From Candidatus Dadabacteria bacterium UBA1144 (lineage in GTDB: Bacteria > Desulfobacterota_D > UBA1144), in NCBI GenBank assembly GCA_002311855.1, contig DCAB01000012.1:388112-452111 (forward strand): a stretch of 64,000 bases of DNA, given 5' to 3'. Below, in pieces: positions 53,033 to 63,204 of this stretch. The translations under genes and the position numbers were made by a program. Within the stretch, counting starts at the first letter, position 1, and each line of letters starts with the position of its first letter. Under the pieces are notes generated by a model. That model ran no database searches. It had not been told where the DNA came from and worked only from the letters and a program-made list of their open reading frames with translations.

Positions 53033-54597
53033 TTTATTTGCTTAATTTTAAAAAGATTCTTTGCCGCATTCTGCTTAATAAAAGTAATTATACTGTCATC
53101 AAAAAAATGAATTTTCTTATTTTCAGATAGACAATTTAAACCTCTATCTCCCGATAGAGTCTCGTATGGTTTTTTGCAAAAATTTGCGATGTTGAAGTAT
53201 ATTTTCTCAAATCCTTCTATTCTCTTGTTAAACTCTTTTCGAGTTTCTACTTTGCTAAACAATGGCAAATAGTAGGGTTTAATAGGAACGATATCTTGTC
53301 TTAGATAATCCAAGTCTCTTTCTCCAAAAATGACCGTAGCCCCTTCTTCGACTCCACTATATTTTTTTGTGATTTTTTCAATCCTTTTATTGTAATTTAT
53401 TTCTGTGTAAGAATATTGTTTATAAACAATGTTGAAAGAAAATGAAAATATTGCCGTAACGCATAATATTAAATAAATTTTATTAAATTCTTTAGAGTAC
53501 ATATTTTCCCTAGAAAGAAATTTAAACAATAGCCCTAGCGCAATTAAAAGAGTTGATGGGAATAAAATCCTGTATGAAAATGGAGAAAACCAAATAGTCA
53601 ATCTCCACAAAAATACTATAGCCAAATATAGTATTCCTGAAGATAGAAATTTATTTGAGATATTATTTAGAGATAAATCTGCAATCTTATTCTTCAAAAG
53701 ATGCTTGGTTAACGAATATGCTAGATATAATGATAGAGCTGACGATGAAATTGAGACCATTAAATTTTGATTCAATCTTACGCTCGCCATAACTAGATTA
53801 AATTCTTCAAGGATTTTTTTTATAAATTGGACTGATATATCTTGCCATAACTCGTATGTTATATATGCATGGGGATAAGTGATATATCCTGATGAAATTT
53901 TATTCATCAATAAATAGATCAAAACATATATAGATGAAGAGATCAGTAATGCCGTAAGATATTTTGGATATTTTTTGTTTTTTCCAAGAGCTTGAAATAT
54001 CAATAAAAGATTAAATATTAGTAAGTAAGCGCCAATATATCTACTTGTAAATGTTAGGACAAAAGCAAAAAATACATAGAGTAAATTTCTTTTGGATTGA
54101 AAATTTTCGAGTTCATAAATTCTTAATATATATAGAATCAAACCAAGTGCAAATAAGCTTTCGGTTAAAGTATAGGAAAATATATTAAGAAAACTTCCTG
54201 ATAGAAAGAGAATTCCGATTATAGAAAACCCAACTTTCAAATATCTCTTGACTGAAAAAATAATTAGAATAGCACAGATGATGTTAAGTAATTTTGAGGA
54301 CCAGAAAACACTAAGTTGGGATATTTTAGACACTAGAAAAATTAATAAAGGATAACCGACTGGCCATGTACTAAAAAAATTTTTAATTCCACTATTAGTC
54401 CAAGAATAAACATGAAACCCATTATCATTTTTCAATGACTGAGCCAATTTAAGAAAGTGAGTTGAGTCTGATGTTAGGAAACCGTTTGTATCAAAATATG
54501 AATTGGAAATTATAGAGTAAATTAAGCCAGCGATTGTAAAAGAAAAAATAAATTTTTCGTTTCTACTGAAATTAATTTTGTTTAATTCATCAGCCAT
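53029..54597 (-). CDS. multi-TM GT-C-like glycosyltransferase (putative)
   Basis: TSDS, WPVGYPLL, LTESLF, many TMs and a soluble C-terminal domain. Confidence 0.55.
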   Translation of the reverse strand: MADELNKINFSRNEKFIFSFTIAGLIYSIISNSYFDTNGFLTSDSTHFLKLAQSLKNDNGFHVYSWTNSGIKNFFSTWPVGYPLLIFLVSKISQLSVFWSSKLLNIICAILIIFSVKRYLKVGFSIIGILFLSGSFLNIFSYTLTESLFALGLILYILRIYELENFQSKRNLLYVFFAFVLTFTSRYIGAYLLIFNLLLIFQALGKNKKYPKYLTALLISSSIYVLIYLLMNKISSGYITYPHAYITYELWQDISVQFIKKILEEFNLVMASVRLNQNLMVSISSSALSLYLAYSLTKHLLKNKIADLSLNNISNKFLSSGILYLAIVFLWRLTIWFSPFSYRILFPSTLLIALGLLFKFLSRENMYSKEFNKIYLILCVTAIFSFSFNIVYKQYSYTEINYNKRIEKITKKYSGVEEGATVIFGERDLDYLRQDIVPIKPYYLPLFSKVETRKEFNKRIEGFEKIYFNIANFCKKPYETLSGDRGLNCLSENKKIHFFDDSIITFIKQNAAKNLFKIKQIK

Positions 54598-54701
54598 TTT
54601 GATAATTCTATATTAATTTAATTTTATTTAACATCAATATTATCAATAAATATAATTGTTTGACTAATTGGTCAATTGAATTTATTATCCTTGACAATCC
54701 A

Positions 54702-55157
54702 ATGTTCAAAATCCTTAAGTATCTCTTCTCACTTTTGGAAGATACAAAAACTTATAAATGGGCGGTCGTCGGTCTCTTTGCTCTAGTATGCGACTACAAT
54801 CTATATAATTTTCTACTCTCAAGGATTGATATGGATTTAGCAAAAGCTACATCAACTTTTTTGGGAGTGAATATATCGTTTCATTTTAACCGCTTCTGGA
54901 CCTTTGAATCGATATCAAGTTATATAAATGATCTGAGAAGATATGTTGCTCTATATTCTGTCACGATTTTAGTAAATGTTTATACCAACAAAATTGTGTA
55001 TATGATATTGCTGGATGTATATCATAATCATATTCAGAACCAATTAATGCAACGAGGTACAATCATTAATATTGCCTACTTTGCTGCCTTGTGTGTTTCT
55101 GTGATTATAGGATATTTTGGTCAGAGACTTTGGGTTTTTAAAAATAGATTAAACTAG
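54702..55157 (+). CDS. GtrA family flippase-like protein
   Basis: VVG..D, FHFNRFWTF, QRLWVF. Confidence 0.85.
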   Translation: MFKILKYLFSLLEDTKTYKWAVVGLFALVCDYNLYNFLLSRIDMDLAKATSTFLGVNISFHFNRFWTFESISSYINDLRRYVALYSVTILVNVYTNKIVYMILLDVYHNHIQNQLMQRGTIINIAYFAALCVSVIIGYFGQRLWVFKNRLN

Positions 55158-55175
55158 GTTATATTTTTTAGATAA

Positions 55176-56159
55176 ATGAAGAAAATTTTATTGACTGGTG
55201 CTGCTGGATTTATCGGGTATCATCTATCTGATTTTTTACTTAACAAAGGCTTCGAAGTTTACGGACTAGATGACCTAAACAATAATTATGATAAAAGAAT
55301 TAAACAATGGAGAATTTCTCAATTGGTTGGTAAAAAAAATTTTCATTTTACCAAAATCAATATCGTTTCACCGTTGAATCTTAATGAATATTTTAGGAAA
55401 AACTTCAAATCGAATAAGCTTGATGCAATTATTAACCTGGCTGCAAGAACGGGTGTAAGGAAATCTACTTTAGATCCGGATTCATATTACAGATCTAACG
55501 TTATTGGGGTTCTCAATTTGGTTAAATTAGCAAATCGTTACTCAATTAAGAGCTTTGTTCATGCTTCAACATCAAGTGTGTATGGCAAAAGTAGAAAGAA
55601 AAATTTTAAAATTACAGATGATACAAATAGGCCTCTATCAAATTATGCTGCTTCAAAAAAAGCATCCGAAGTTTTACTCTATGCGTATCATATGCTCCAT
55701 AAGCAAAATATTACCATATTGAGACTTTTTACTGTCTATGGTCCTGCTGGCAGACCTGATATGAGTCCATTTATCTTTATCCAATCCTCAATTAATTCAG
55801 ACCCAATTAATTTGTTTGGTACGGGGAAACAACAAAGAGATTTTACTTATGTTGACGATGTTATTGTTGGGATTTATAAATCACTGAAATTAAAAGGGTA
55901 CAATGTTCTAAATTTAGGCAACAATAAGCCAATTTCGATAAACCATCTTATTGTGAAGATATCCGAATTATCAAAAAACAAAATAAAAATCAACAAAAAG
56001 CCTCCAAATCCGGAGGATGTTCCTTTCACCGCGGCCAATATATCGAGAACAAAACAATTAATTGGATGGGCTCCTAAAACGGGAATAGATCAAGGACTTC
56101 AAAAAACTCTCAAATGGCATTTAAAAAACAAAGAATGGTTAAGCAAGATAAAGATTTAA
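55176..56159 (+). CDS. NAD-dependent nucleotide-sugar epimerase (UDP-glucuronate 4-epimerase-like)
   Basis: TGAAGFIG, ASTSSVYG, YAASK, FTVYGPAGRPDM, RDFTYVDD. Confidence 0.9.
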   Translation: MKKILLTGAAGFIGYHLSDFLLNKGFEVYGLDDLNNNYDKRIKQWRISQLVGKKNFHFTKINIVSPLNLNEYFRKNFKSNKLDAIINLAARTGVRKSTLDPDSYYRSNVIGVLNLVKLANRYSIKSFVHASTSSVYGKSRKKNFKITDDTNRPLSNYAASKKASEVLLYAYHMLHKQNITILRLFTVYGPAGRPDMSPFIFIQSSINSDPINLFGTGKQQRDFTYVDDVIVGIYKSLKLKGYNVLNLGNNKPISINHLIVKISELSKNKIKINKKPPNPEDVPFTAANISRTKQLIGWAPKTGIDQGLQKTLKWHLKNKEWLSKIKI

Positions 56160-57244
56160 TAGAAGATTTGGTAAAGATCTCAAAATATTTTGGACAAAGA
56201 TTTGATTTGATTCAGGCTGCTGGCGGAAATTCTTCTATAAAAATTAACAAGAGAATGTTTATTAAGTCCAGCGGATATTCCTTATCGGAGGTTGAACTTA
56301 AGAATGGTTATTCTGTTCTCCGGAATGATAAATTGACCAACTTCCTATACAAGATAAAGAATTATATTGTTAATAGTCGGATAGAAAAAAAGTCTTTCCA
56401 TATTTTGAAAGATTCTATTATAAAAGGAGATAATCCATCAATAGAGACTTTCTCGCACTCCATTCTGAAGAAATTTACTATTCACCTCCACCCAATTGCA
56501 AGCAATATAATTTCCGTGAATCGAGAGTCAAAAATTTTTTTTAATCAAATATTTTCTAAAGAAATAAGTGATGGAATTATATTTTATATCAAGTATAGAA
56601 CCCCAGGTATAGCCCTGGCGACTGAAATAACTAATCACTTATTACCTTATGATGAAAAGATAAAGATGAATAAATCTGTCGTGCTTTTTTTAGAAAACCA
56701 TGGACTTATTTGCTCATCTGACGATAAGAAGGAACTAATAAAATCTGTGGAAAGAATTATGAAAAAATTTGAAAATTTTTTAAATATCGATTTAAAAAGA
56801 TATAAATTTACTACAAAAATATCTAAAGTTTTGTGGGAGCAAAATTATAAAAATCTAGTTTCTTATTATAGTGAAGATTTGATATTAAATAATTTTCTTA
56901 AATCAAAAAATCTTGATAAAATCCTAAAGCCTTTAAATCCAGACGGATTACTATATTGTGGGGAAAGTCCTTTGATTGTCAGGGGACCACTTGAAAAAAA
57001 TATTTTATCTTACATAAAAAAATTTCATACTTACCCAAGAGTTGTAATTACAGGTAAGAATATTTATTTTGTAGCTCCCAATGTCTTAAAAGCCAGAGAA
57101 ATAGAAGATGTTTTCAAATCTCATTTGTATTTTGATCATTACGGACAAACCAAACGCCCACTTCTAAAAAAACATATAAACAAACTTGATTCCTACAATC
57201 CTCAGAAGAACAGACTAAGATTTTGGTTTGATTATGACAAATAA
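56135..57244 (+). CDS. class II aldolase/adducin family protein
   Basis: GGNSSIK, IKSSG, PSIETFSH, HLHP, LENHG. Confidence 0.82.
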   Translation: MVKQDKDLIEDLVKISKYFGQRFDLIQAAGGNSSIKINKRMFIKSSGYSLSEVELKNGYSVLRNDKLTNFLYKIKNYIVNSRIEKKSFHILKDSIIKGDNPSIETFSHSILKKFTIHLHPIASNIISVNRESKIFFNQIFSKEISDGIIFYIKYRTPGIALATEITNHLLPYDEKIKMNKSVVLFLENHGLICSSDDKKELIKSVERIMKKFENFLNIDLKRYKFTTKISKVLWEQNYKNLVSYYSEDLILNNFLKSKNLDKILKPLNPDGLLYCGESPLIVRGPLEKNILSYIKKFHTYPRVVITGKNIYFVAPNVLKAREIEDVFKSHLYFDHYGQTKRPLLKKHINKLDSYNPQKNRLRFWFDYDK

Positions 57245-57550
57245 CTTACTAATTCTATGTCTATTCTCTGAAATAATTTTATAAGATTTTTTTCTAATAG
57301 CATTAGGTACCATCTTCAATATTTTAAAAACGATTGATGAGCTTTTGTTTGTGCGCATTGATTCTAACACTGCATCCGAACCAGAAAAATATTTATTGTC
57401 AGATTCAAAAACCATTTCTTTTTTTATAAAATTTTCTTTTTTCAACTCATCAATATCTAAAATTTCTATCTTGTTAATTTCGTTTGATTTGATATATGCG
57501 GCATATTTTAGACAAATATCACAAGATTTATCTATATAAAGTTTTTTCAT
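57215..57550 (-). CDS. DCC1/YuxK (DUF393) thiol-disulfide oxidoreductase-like protein
   Basis: DKSCDIC, SGSDA, Y..IS.NR; start at 57550 avoids overlap with the tRNA. Confidence 0.75.
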   Translation of the reverse strand: MKKLYIDKSCDICLKYAAYIKSNEINKIEILDIDELKKENFIKKEMVFESDNKYFSGSDAVLESMRTNKSSSIVFKILKMVPNAIRKKSYKIISENRHRISKLFVIIKPKS

Positions 57551-57591
57551 AATTAAACTAATTCTATCTTTTAATGATAGAATATTCCAAG

Positions 57592-57663
57592 CCGCTTGTA
57601 GTGTAATGGATAACACACTTGACTTCGGATCAAGTAATTGGGGTTCGAGTCCTCACAAGCGGG
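57592..57663 (+). tRNA. tRNA-Arg (anticodon UCG), CCA not encoded
   Basis: Acceptor CCGCTTG/CAAGCGG, D arm GTGT/ACAC, anticodon arm CTTGA-CTTCGGA-TCAAG, T arm TGGGG-TTCGAGT-CCTCA; TGATAGAAT upstream. Confidence 0.95.
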
Positions 57664-57665
57664 TA

Positions 57666-59411
57666 TTAAATTTCATATTCCATAATTGGCTTTGCACCTA
57701 CAATATTATCATTTATCACCGAGGTTAACAGCTTCCTAATCTTATCGGGCTGGGTGATTTTGAGGCAATTGTCCAATGCTGATTTACAATCTTGATATGA
57801 TAAATCATGGATAACACTTTTTATTTTCGGTATGGAATGATAATTCATACTTAATTCATTAACGTCCAAACCGATAAAAACGGGCAAACACGCTATATTG
57901 TTAGCCATTTCTCCACAAACTGAAACATATTTCTGATTGGAAACACTATCCATTATAAATTTAAGCATTCTTATAACGGATGGTTGAAAGGGAGAAAAAA
58001 TCTCACCTAAATTCTCATTTGTTCTGTCAGCTGCAAGAGTGTATTGTATCAAGTCATTTGTTCCTATACTTAAAAAATCGACATAATTGCATATTTCAGG
58101 AATAAGCATTGCTGCCGAAGGTGTTTCTACTACAACGCCAATGGGTACATTCTTTTCTAATGTAAAACTCTTTTTTAAATTATCTATGATGCCAATTGAT
58201 TCGATAATTTCATCAATTGTAGATATCATGGGGAGAAGTATTCTTATAGTTTTCTTTTTATCCTGTGCAACTTTAAGTATTGCATTAATTTGAGAAATAA
58301 AAATTTCCTTATTTGCTAGTGAATACCTTATTCCCCTTAGACCTAGAGCAGGATTATTTTCTTGATGATTTAAATTTCCACTTTTATCTCCCCCGGTATC
58401 AAGTGTCCTTATGGTGGTTTCATTAAATAAATTATCCTCAAATAGGTTCAAGTAATCTAGGTATTGTTCTTCTACTGAAGGAAACTGCTCTTTTCTGGTA
58501 AATAGAAATTCTGTCCTGTACATACCAATACCTTCCGCTCCATACTTTTTTGCCACCTTTAGCTCTGAAGTCAATTCAATATTGGCTCTAATTGAAATAA
58601 CTTTCTTATCTTTTGTCTCACCTGACAATTTTGAAAAACTAAGTAGGCTTTCTTCCAGAGAGACATACCTATTCTTTAAATTTTCCATCTCACCTTTTTC
58701 GGATTTCGTAACTTTCCATGTAGCTATACCCTTATATCCATCGACATAAATCTTTTGTCCTGGATTCAATCTAATGCTAATATCTCGTAAAGACATAATT
58801 GTAGGAAGACCCATGGATCTTGCAATAATAGCTGTATGAGATGTTGTTCCCCCCAAATCGGTAAGGATTCCTCTGACTTTATTGTTTTTAGAATATTTTA
58901 AAGCATCTATTGGAGACAAGTCGTGAGCAACAAGTATTATGTTGCCTTTGATGTCTGCTAAGGGTTCACTGGTTCCTCTTAAATTCTTCATTATTCTTTC
59001 AGCTATATAATAGAAATCAGCCAATCTTTCTCTCATGTACTGATCTCTAACTTTTGAAAATTCTTTGCTTTTATTGGTTAATACATTATTTAGTGCCCAT
59101 TCAGCATTTATTAGCTTGGTTTCAATTGTGCTTATAACTTCTCCAGCTAGGATTTCATCCTCGAGTATGAGAATATTGAAATCAAGTATTTCTATATGCT
59201 CTATCTTGTATCCATAATCTTGATTAATCTTTAAACTGCTAATTTCACTCTTTGATATCTCAACGGCTTTTTGAAATCTATTTATTTCATTTATTATTTC
59301 ATTTTTTTTAATTTTTCTTTTTTCAACAGCCATTTTCGCCTGATTGATTAATAGAACATTGCCTACTGCGAAACCAGGGGATATAGCAAGACCTCTTTTT
59401 TCTTCACTCAA
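57666..59411 (-). CDS. ptsI: PTS enzyme I (PEP-protein phosphotransferase)
   Basis: GGTTSHTAIIARS, GIGMYRTEF, NPALGLRGIR, SIGTNDL, VCGEMA. Confidence 0.96.
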   Translation of the reverse strand: MSEEKRGLAISPGFAVGNVLLINQAKMAVEKRKIKKNEIINEINRFQKAVEISKSEISSLKINQDYGYKIEHIEILDFNILILEDEILAGEVISTIETKLINAEWALNNVLTNKSKEFSKVRDQYMRERLADFYYIAERIMKNLRGTSEPLADIKGNIILVAHDLSPIDALKYSKNNKVRGILTDLGGTTSHTAIIARSMGLPTIMSLRDISIRLNPGQKIYVDGYKGIATWKVTKSEKGEMENLKNRYVSLEESLLSFSKLSGETKDKKVISIRANIELTSELKVAKKYGAEGIGMYRTEFLFTRKEQFPSVEEQYLDYLNLFEDNLFNETTIRTLDTGGDKSGNLNHQENNPALGLRGIRYSLANKEIFISQINAILKVAQDKKKTIRILLPMISTIDEIIESIGIIDNLKKSFTLEKNVPIGVVVETPSAAMLIPEICNYVDFLSIGTNDLIQYTLAADRTNENLGEIFSPFQPSVIRMLKFIMDSVSNQKYVSVCGEMANNIACLPVFIGLDVNELSMNYHSIPKIKSVIHDLSYQDCKSALDNCLKITQPDKIRKLLTSVINDNIVGAKPIMEYEI

Positions 59412-59674
59412 GATTTCTCTCCAAATTTATCATTGAATAGTTTTTCGATTTCTTTAATTGCTTTTTTCTCATCCAGTCCTATAGCTTGAATATCAATCTC
59501 CGAATTAACACTAGCAACCAATGACAATATCCCCAATATGCTTTTGCCATTTGCGCGGAGATTTCCTCTTGAAATTGTAATCTCAGAGCTAAATTTATTG
59601 GTCAATTGAACAAGTTTTGATGCAGCTCTTGCATGGAGACCTAATTTATTAGAAATCGTTATTCTTTTTAGCAT
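59408..59674 (-). CDS. ptsH: phosphocarrier protein HPr
   Basis: GLHARAA (His15), KSILGIL (Ser46). Confidence 0.95.
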   Translation of the reverse strand: MLKRITISNKLGLHARAASKLVQLTNKFSSEITISRGNLRANGKSILGILSLVASVNSEIDIQAIGLDEKKAIKEIEKLFNDKFGEKS

Positions 59675-59677
59675 CGA

Positions 59678-60448
59678 TTAGTTTAGCAAATTAATTAAAG
59701 TACGTGATATTCTCTTGGTAAACTTGTCATTGACGATTATATCATTTTCATGATTCATTTGCATTGAAAAAGTTTCAGTTTTAAGTTCGATACGCAATGG
59801 AAGATGTATATCAAATTCTTTAAACAATTCATATTTTGAATATTTAATTTGCATTTTTCTTCCATTGTCAATTGATATCTCTTTTATCTGGTTCGTTTTT
59901 AAATTAATTATGCATTTATTTTTATTTTGAAGAATAATAAGTTCTTCACCCTCGATTCTATAAGTATAAGGACTATCAACGAAATCCAGAATATTTAATC
60001 CTAATAGTATATTATTCAGCTCTTCGATCTCCAAAGAGAGATTCATGCGTTTTTTGTTGAATATGCTTAAATTAAAATTATTGATATCTCTGACTCTATC
60101 CCTTTTCCCTTTTCTTTTATATACAATTGATTCCCCACTCGAATTAAATTCTGCTATTTTAATCTTCCATATTGCAAATATATCAACATGTATCTTTGAT
60201 TTTTTCTCTATATAAAAATGTTGTTGTAATTTGAATCTTTTTCGAAATGGAAAATTGTAAATCACACTACCTTTAATTTCAGCAGTCTTTATTAATTTCT
60301 TTTTATCTTCTAATTTGTGAATTATTTCTTTGACTTTTTTATTGATACTCTTATCATTCGGATTGGTTAAATTGTCATTTCCATATGAGCTTAATCCTGA
60401 GCAAGATATAGATAATATAATTAAAACTATTCTAATTATTGATTTCAT
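59678..60448 (-). CDS. hypothetical lipoprotein (possibly LolB/DUF4292-like)
   Basis: Lipobox LSISC after MKSIIR; beta-rich; LPLRIEL near C-terminus. Confidence 0.55.
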   Translation of the reverse strand: MKSIIRIVLIILSISCSGLSSYGNDNLTNPNDKSINKKVKEIIHKLEDKKKLIKTAEIKGSVIYNFPFRKRFKLQQHFYIEKKSKIHVDIFAIWKIKIAEFNSSGESIVYKRKGKRDRVRDINNFNLSIFNKKRMNLSLEIEELNNILLGLNILDFVDSPYTYRIEGEELIILQNKNKCIINLKTNQIKEISIDNGRKMQIKYSKYELFKEFDIHLPLRIELKTETFSMQMNHENDIIVNDKFTKRISRTLINLLN

Positions 60449-60541
60449 TTGACTTAAATTAAAACCCATTGAAGATTCTAGCTCTATTCTAACCATTTCT
60501 AGGCATATTGACTAACATTATCAATTTGTTTAAATAACTAA

Positions 60542-61612
60542 ATGGATTATATCGTAAATAAAATATTATCAGGGAAGAGAATTGACAAAACTGATGGATT
60601 AGAAATATTGAAAAATTTTTCTACAATTGAAATCGGTCAATTTGCCAACTTCTTAAAAAACAAACAGGGTATTAACAATGAAGTGAGCTTTGTTGTTGAC
60701 ACCAATCCGAACTACACTAACATCTGTGATACGGAATGTCTTTTTTGTGCGTTTTGGAGGCCTAAAGATGCATCGGATTCTTACACCCTATCATTAGATA
60801 AAATTATTGAGATTGCAAAGACATCATATCATAATGGAGTTACGACAATACTCCTTCAGGGAGGACATAATCCTTCTATTAAATTAAAATATTATTGTGA
60901 TTTAATTAGGAGAATCAGAGAAGAGGTTCCTGGAATTCATCTTCATGCCTTTTCTGCACCAGAAATATATTCCATCGCAAAGTATTCCTCGATTACTACA
61001 GAAGAGCTTCTTAATCAATTTTGGGAGTTGGGGTTAAGAACTATTCCGGGCGGTGGAGCGGAGGTCTTGTCTAATAAAACAAGAAAAAAAATAAGCCCAC
61101 TAAAAATTTCTGCAGACGAATGGATTCGAATCATCAAAGAAGCACATGCTATAGGATTTAAAACAACGGCTACTATGATGTTTGGTCACGTAGAAGAGGA
61201 TGAGGACATCATAGAACATCTGTCAGTGATTAGAAATCTACAAGATGATACTAATGGATTTTTATCTTTTATCCCTTGGACATTTAAACCAGAAAATACT
61301 TTTATGGAAAGAACTATAACAACCGAAATAGGCAGTGATAGATACTTAAGAGTTCTTGGGCTATCAAGAATTTTTCTTGATAATTTTAAATACATTCAAA
61401 GTTCGTGGTTTACGCAAGGTTTTAAAGTAGGAGGTATCGCATTATATTACGGGGCAAACGATGTTGGTGGAACTTTGCTCCAAGAAAATGTTCTGAAATC
61501 TGCGAATAACCCCTACAGAGCAAATATTGACGATATAGTTCACTTAATTAAATCGGAAGGTTTTATCCCTATTCAAAGAAATACTTTTTATGAACCAATT
61601 AAAATTTACTAA
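60542..61612 (+). CDS. mqnC: cyclic dehypoxanthine futalosine synthase (radical SAM)
   Basis: NYTNICDTECLFCAF, LLQGG, IPGGGAE, TATMMFGH, FIPWTF, GANDVG. Confidence 0.88.
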   Translation: MDYIVNKILSGKRIDKTDGLEILKNFSTIEIGQFANFLKNKQGINNEVSFVVDTNPNYTNICDTECLFCAFWRPKDASDSYTLSLDKIIEIAKTSYHNGVTTILLQGGHNPSIKLKYYCDLIRRIREEVPGIHLHAFSAPEIYSIAKYSSITTEELLNQFWELGLRTIPGGGAEVLSNKTRKKISPLKISADEWIRIIKEAHAIGFKTTATMMFGHVEEDEDIIEHLSVIRNLQDDTNGFLSFIPWTFKPENTFMERTITTEIGSDRYLRVLGLSRIFLDNFKYIQSSWFTQGFKVGGIALYYGANDVGGTLLQENVLKSANNPYRANIDDIVHLIKSEGFIPIQRNTFYEPIKIY

Positions 61613-62133
61613 ACATTATACAATTCTTCTTTAAATGAGTTGATTTCTTTTTTATGTGACGAGGAATTATTTTGCCAATTGCAAATCGTTTTATACATAT
61701 CATGAATAAATATTTGTAGATTTTTTCCCCTAACGTTCCATTTGTTATTCAACGAGAACATTGAAATAAATTTTTTTGAAAAATAGACTTGTTCATATTG
61801 TGTGGACTTGTTCTCACTTCTTTGGAACCTGATACTGCAATAACAGTCAGCAAAAATTATGCTATATCTTTCATTCAGTCCTAATCTTAATGAAGCGGCG
61901 ATAACCATTCCTTGACAAATGGCAGAAAACAAATCAGATTCAACATTTTTAGATAAATTAAATTTTCTAAATAAATTATCACCCAATACCGCCTTACCTT
62001 TATATATTAATCTTGGAATATCTTCATTGTGAATCATGTCTTCTTCGAATTCACCTATATTGCCACATAGGATAAGACTTTCTCTTATCTCGTCCCACGT
62101 ACTTTTTTTAGTGGTCTTTAATTTATTCTCCAT
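61609..62133 (-). CDS. hypothetical protein
   Basis: 174-aa ORF filling the mqnC-bioB gap; no recognised motif. Confidence 0.55.
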   Translation of the reverse strand: MENKLKTTKKSTWDEIRESLILCGNIGEFEEDMIHNEDIPRLIYKGKAVLGDNLFRKFNLSKNVESDLFSAICQGMVIAASLRLGLNERYSIIFADCYCSIRFQRSENKSTQYEQVYFSKKFISMFSLNNKWNVRGKNLQIFIHDMYKTICNWQNNSSSHKKEINSFKEELYNV

Positions 62134-62212
62134 TTTCTATCCAATTATAACTTAGTTTGAATAAACCTTTTATTATATGTAAAATAGATAGTGTTTTCGT
62201 GGTGTGAATTAA

Positions 62213-63196
62213 ATGAATTTTGCTGATTTGGAAAAAAGATTACTCGATAAACGTGAGTCTATTACTTTTGATGAGGCGATGGAACTCACCAATATTTCTA
62301 ATGATAAACTTTTAGAGTTAACAAGTTTGGCTAGGAAGGTAACGCTCAAATATAAAGGTGATGGAGTCTTTCTAAGATCAATAATTAGTGCCAAGACAGG
62401 AGACTGTTCCGAGGATTGTTCCTTTTGTTCTCAGTCCGTACATTTTTCGTCACCTATATCAAAACACCCTTTTTTGGATCCAGATGAAGTTCTTCAGGCA
62501 GCTATACAATCTGAAAAAATAGGTGCTTTTGATTTCTGTATTGTTATAGCCGTCAAAGGGCCAAATAAGCAACAGTTTAAAAAAGTATTAGAATCTATTG
62601 AGTTGATTAAGAAAAATACCAAACTTGAAATCGGGTGTTCCTTGGGTAGCCTGACTGAAGAACAAGCTTTTGGGTTGGCCGAAGCAGGTGTATGGAGATA
62701 TAACCATAACATAGAAGCATGTAGAGAATTTTTTCCTAATATCTGTTCTACTCATACTTATGATGACAGAGTTAATACTGCCAAACTTGTTAAAAAGGCA
62801 GGTATGGAGCTTTGTTGTGGGGGTATTGTTGGGACAGGTGAGAGCGTTAATCAAAGAATTCAACTAGCATTTGAAATCAAAGAACTGAATCCTCATACTG
62901 TTCCCATCAATTTCTTAAACCCAAGACCAGGAACCCCCTTAGGGCACTTAAAACCTCTCCCGAGTATTGAAGCAATTAAAACTATAGCTATTTTTAGGCT
63001 TATAATGCCTGATAAAGTTCTGATGTCGGGGGGAGGAAGAGAGATTACCTTAAGGGATCTCCAGTCTCTGGGTATCATGGCTGGCTCAAATGGCATGATT
63101 ATAGGAAACTATCTAACAACGATGGGACGTGCACCCGAGGAAGACCTCAAAATGATTGAAGATCTTCAAATGCCCATTAGGGATAGATACACCTAA
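62213..63196 (+). CDS. bioB: biotin synthase
   Basis: CSEDCSFCSQS, YNHNIE, CCGGIVG, VPINFL, GNYLTT. Confidence 0.96.
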   Translation: MNFADLEKRLLDKRESITFDEAMELTNISNDKLLELTSLARKVTLKYKGDGVFLRSIISAKTGDCSEDCSFCSQSVHFSSPISKHPFLDPDEVLQAAIQSEKIGAFDFCIVIAVKGPNKQQFKKVLESIELIKKNTKLEIGCSLGSLTEEQAFGLAEAGVWRYNHNIEACREFFPNICSTHTYDDRVNTAKLVKKAGMELCCGGIVGTGESVNQRIQLAFEIKELNPHTVPINFLNPRPGTPLGHLKPLPSIEAIKTIAIFRLIMPDKVLMSGGGREITLRDLQSLGIMAGSNGMIIGNYLTTMGRAPEEDLKMIEDLQMPIRDRYT

Positions 63197-63204
63197 GACC
63201 TATA

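Noticed and set aside
57551-57616. N-terminal extension of the DCC1-like ORF
   Set aside because: Overlaps the tRNA and its promoter; ATG 57550 fits better
51725-57663. Glycan block as an island integrated at tRNA-Arg
   Set aside because: It lies on the 5' side of the tRNA; no integrase and no duplicated tRNA 3' end seen
60542-63196. Two nearby radical SAM genes as a RiPP or novel cofactor cluster
   Set aside because: Motifs match MqnC and BioB, and bioA follows
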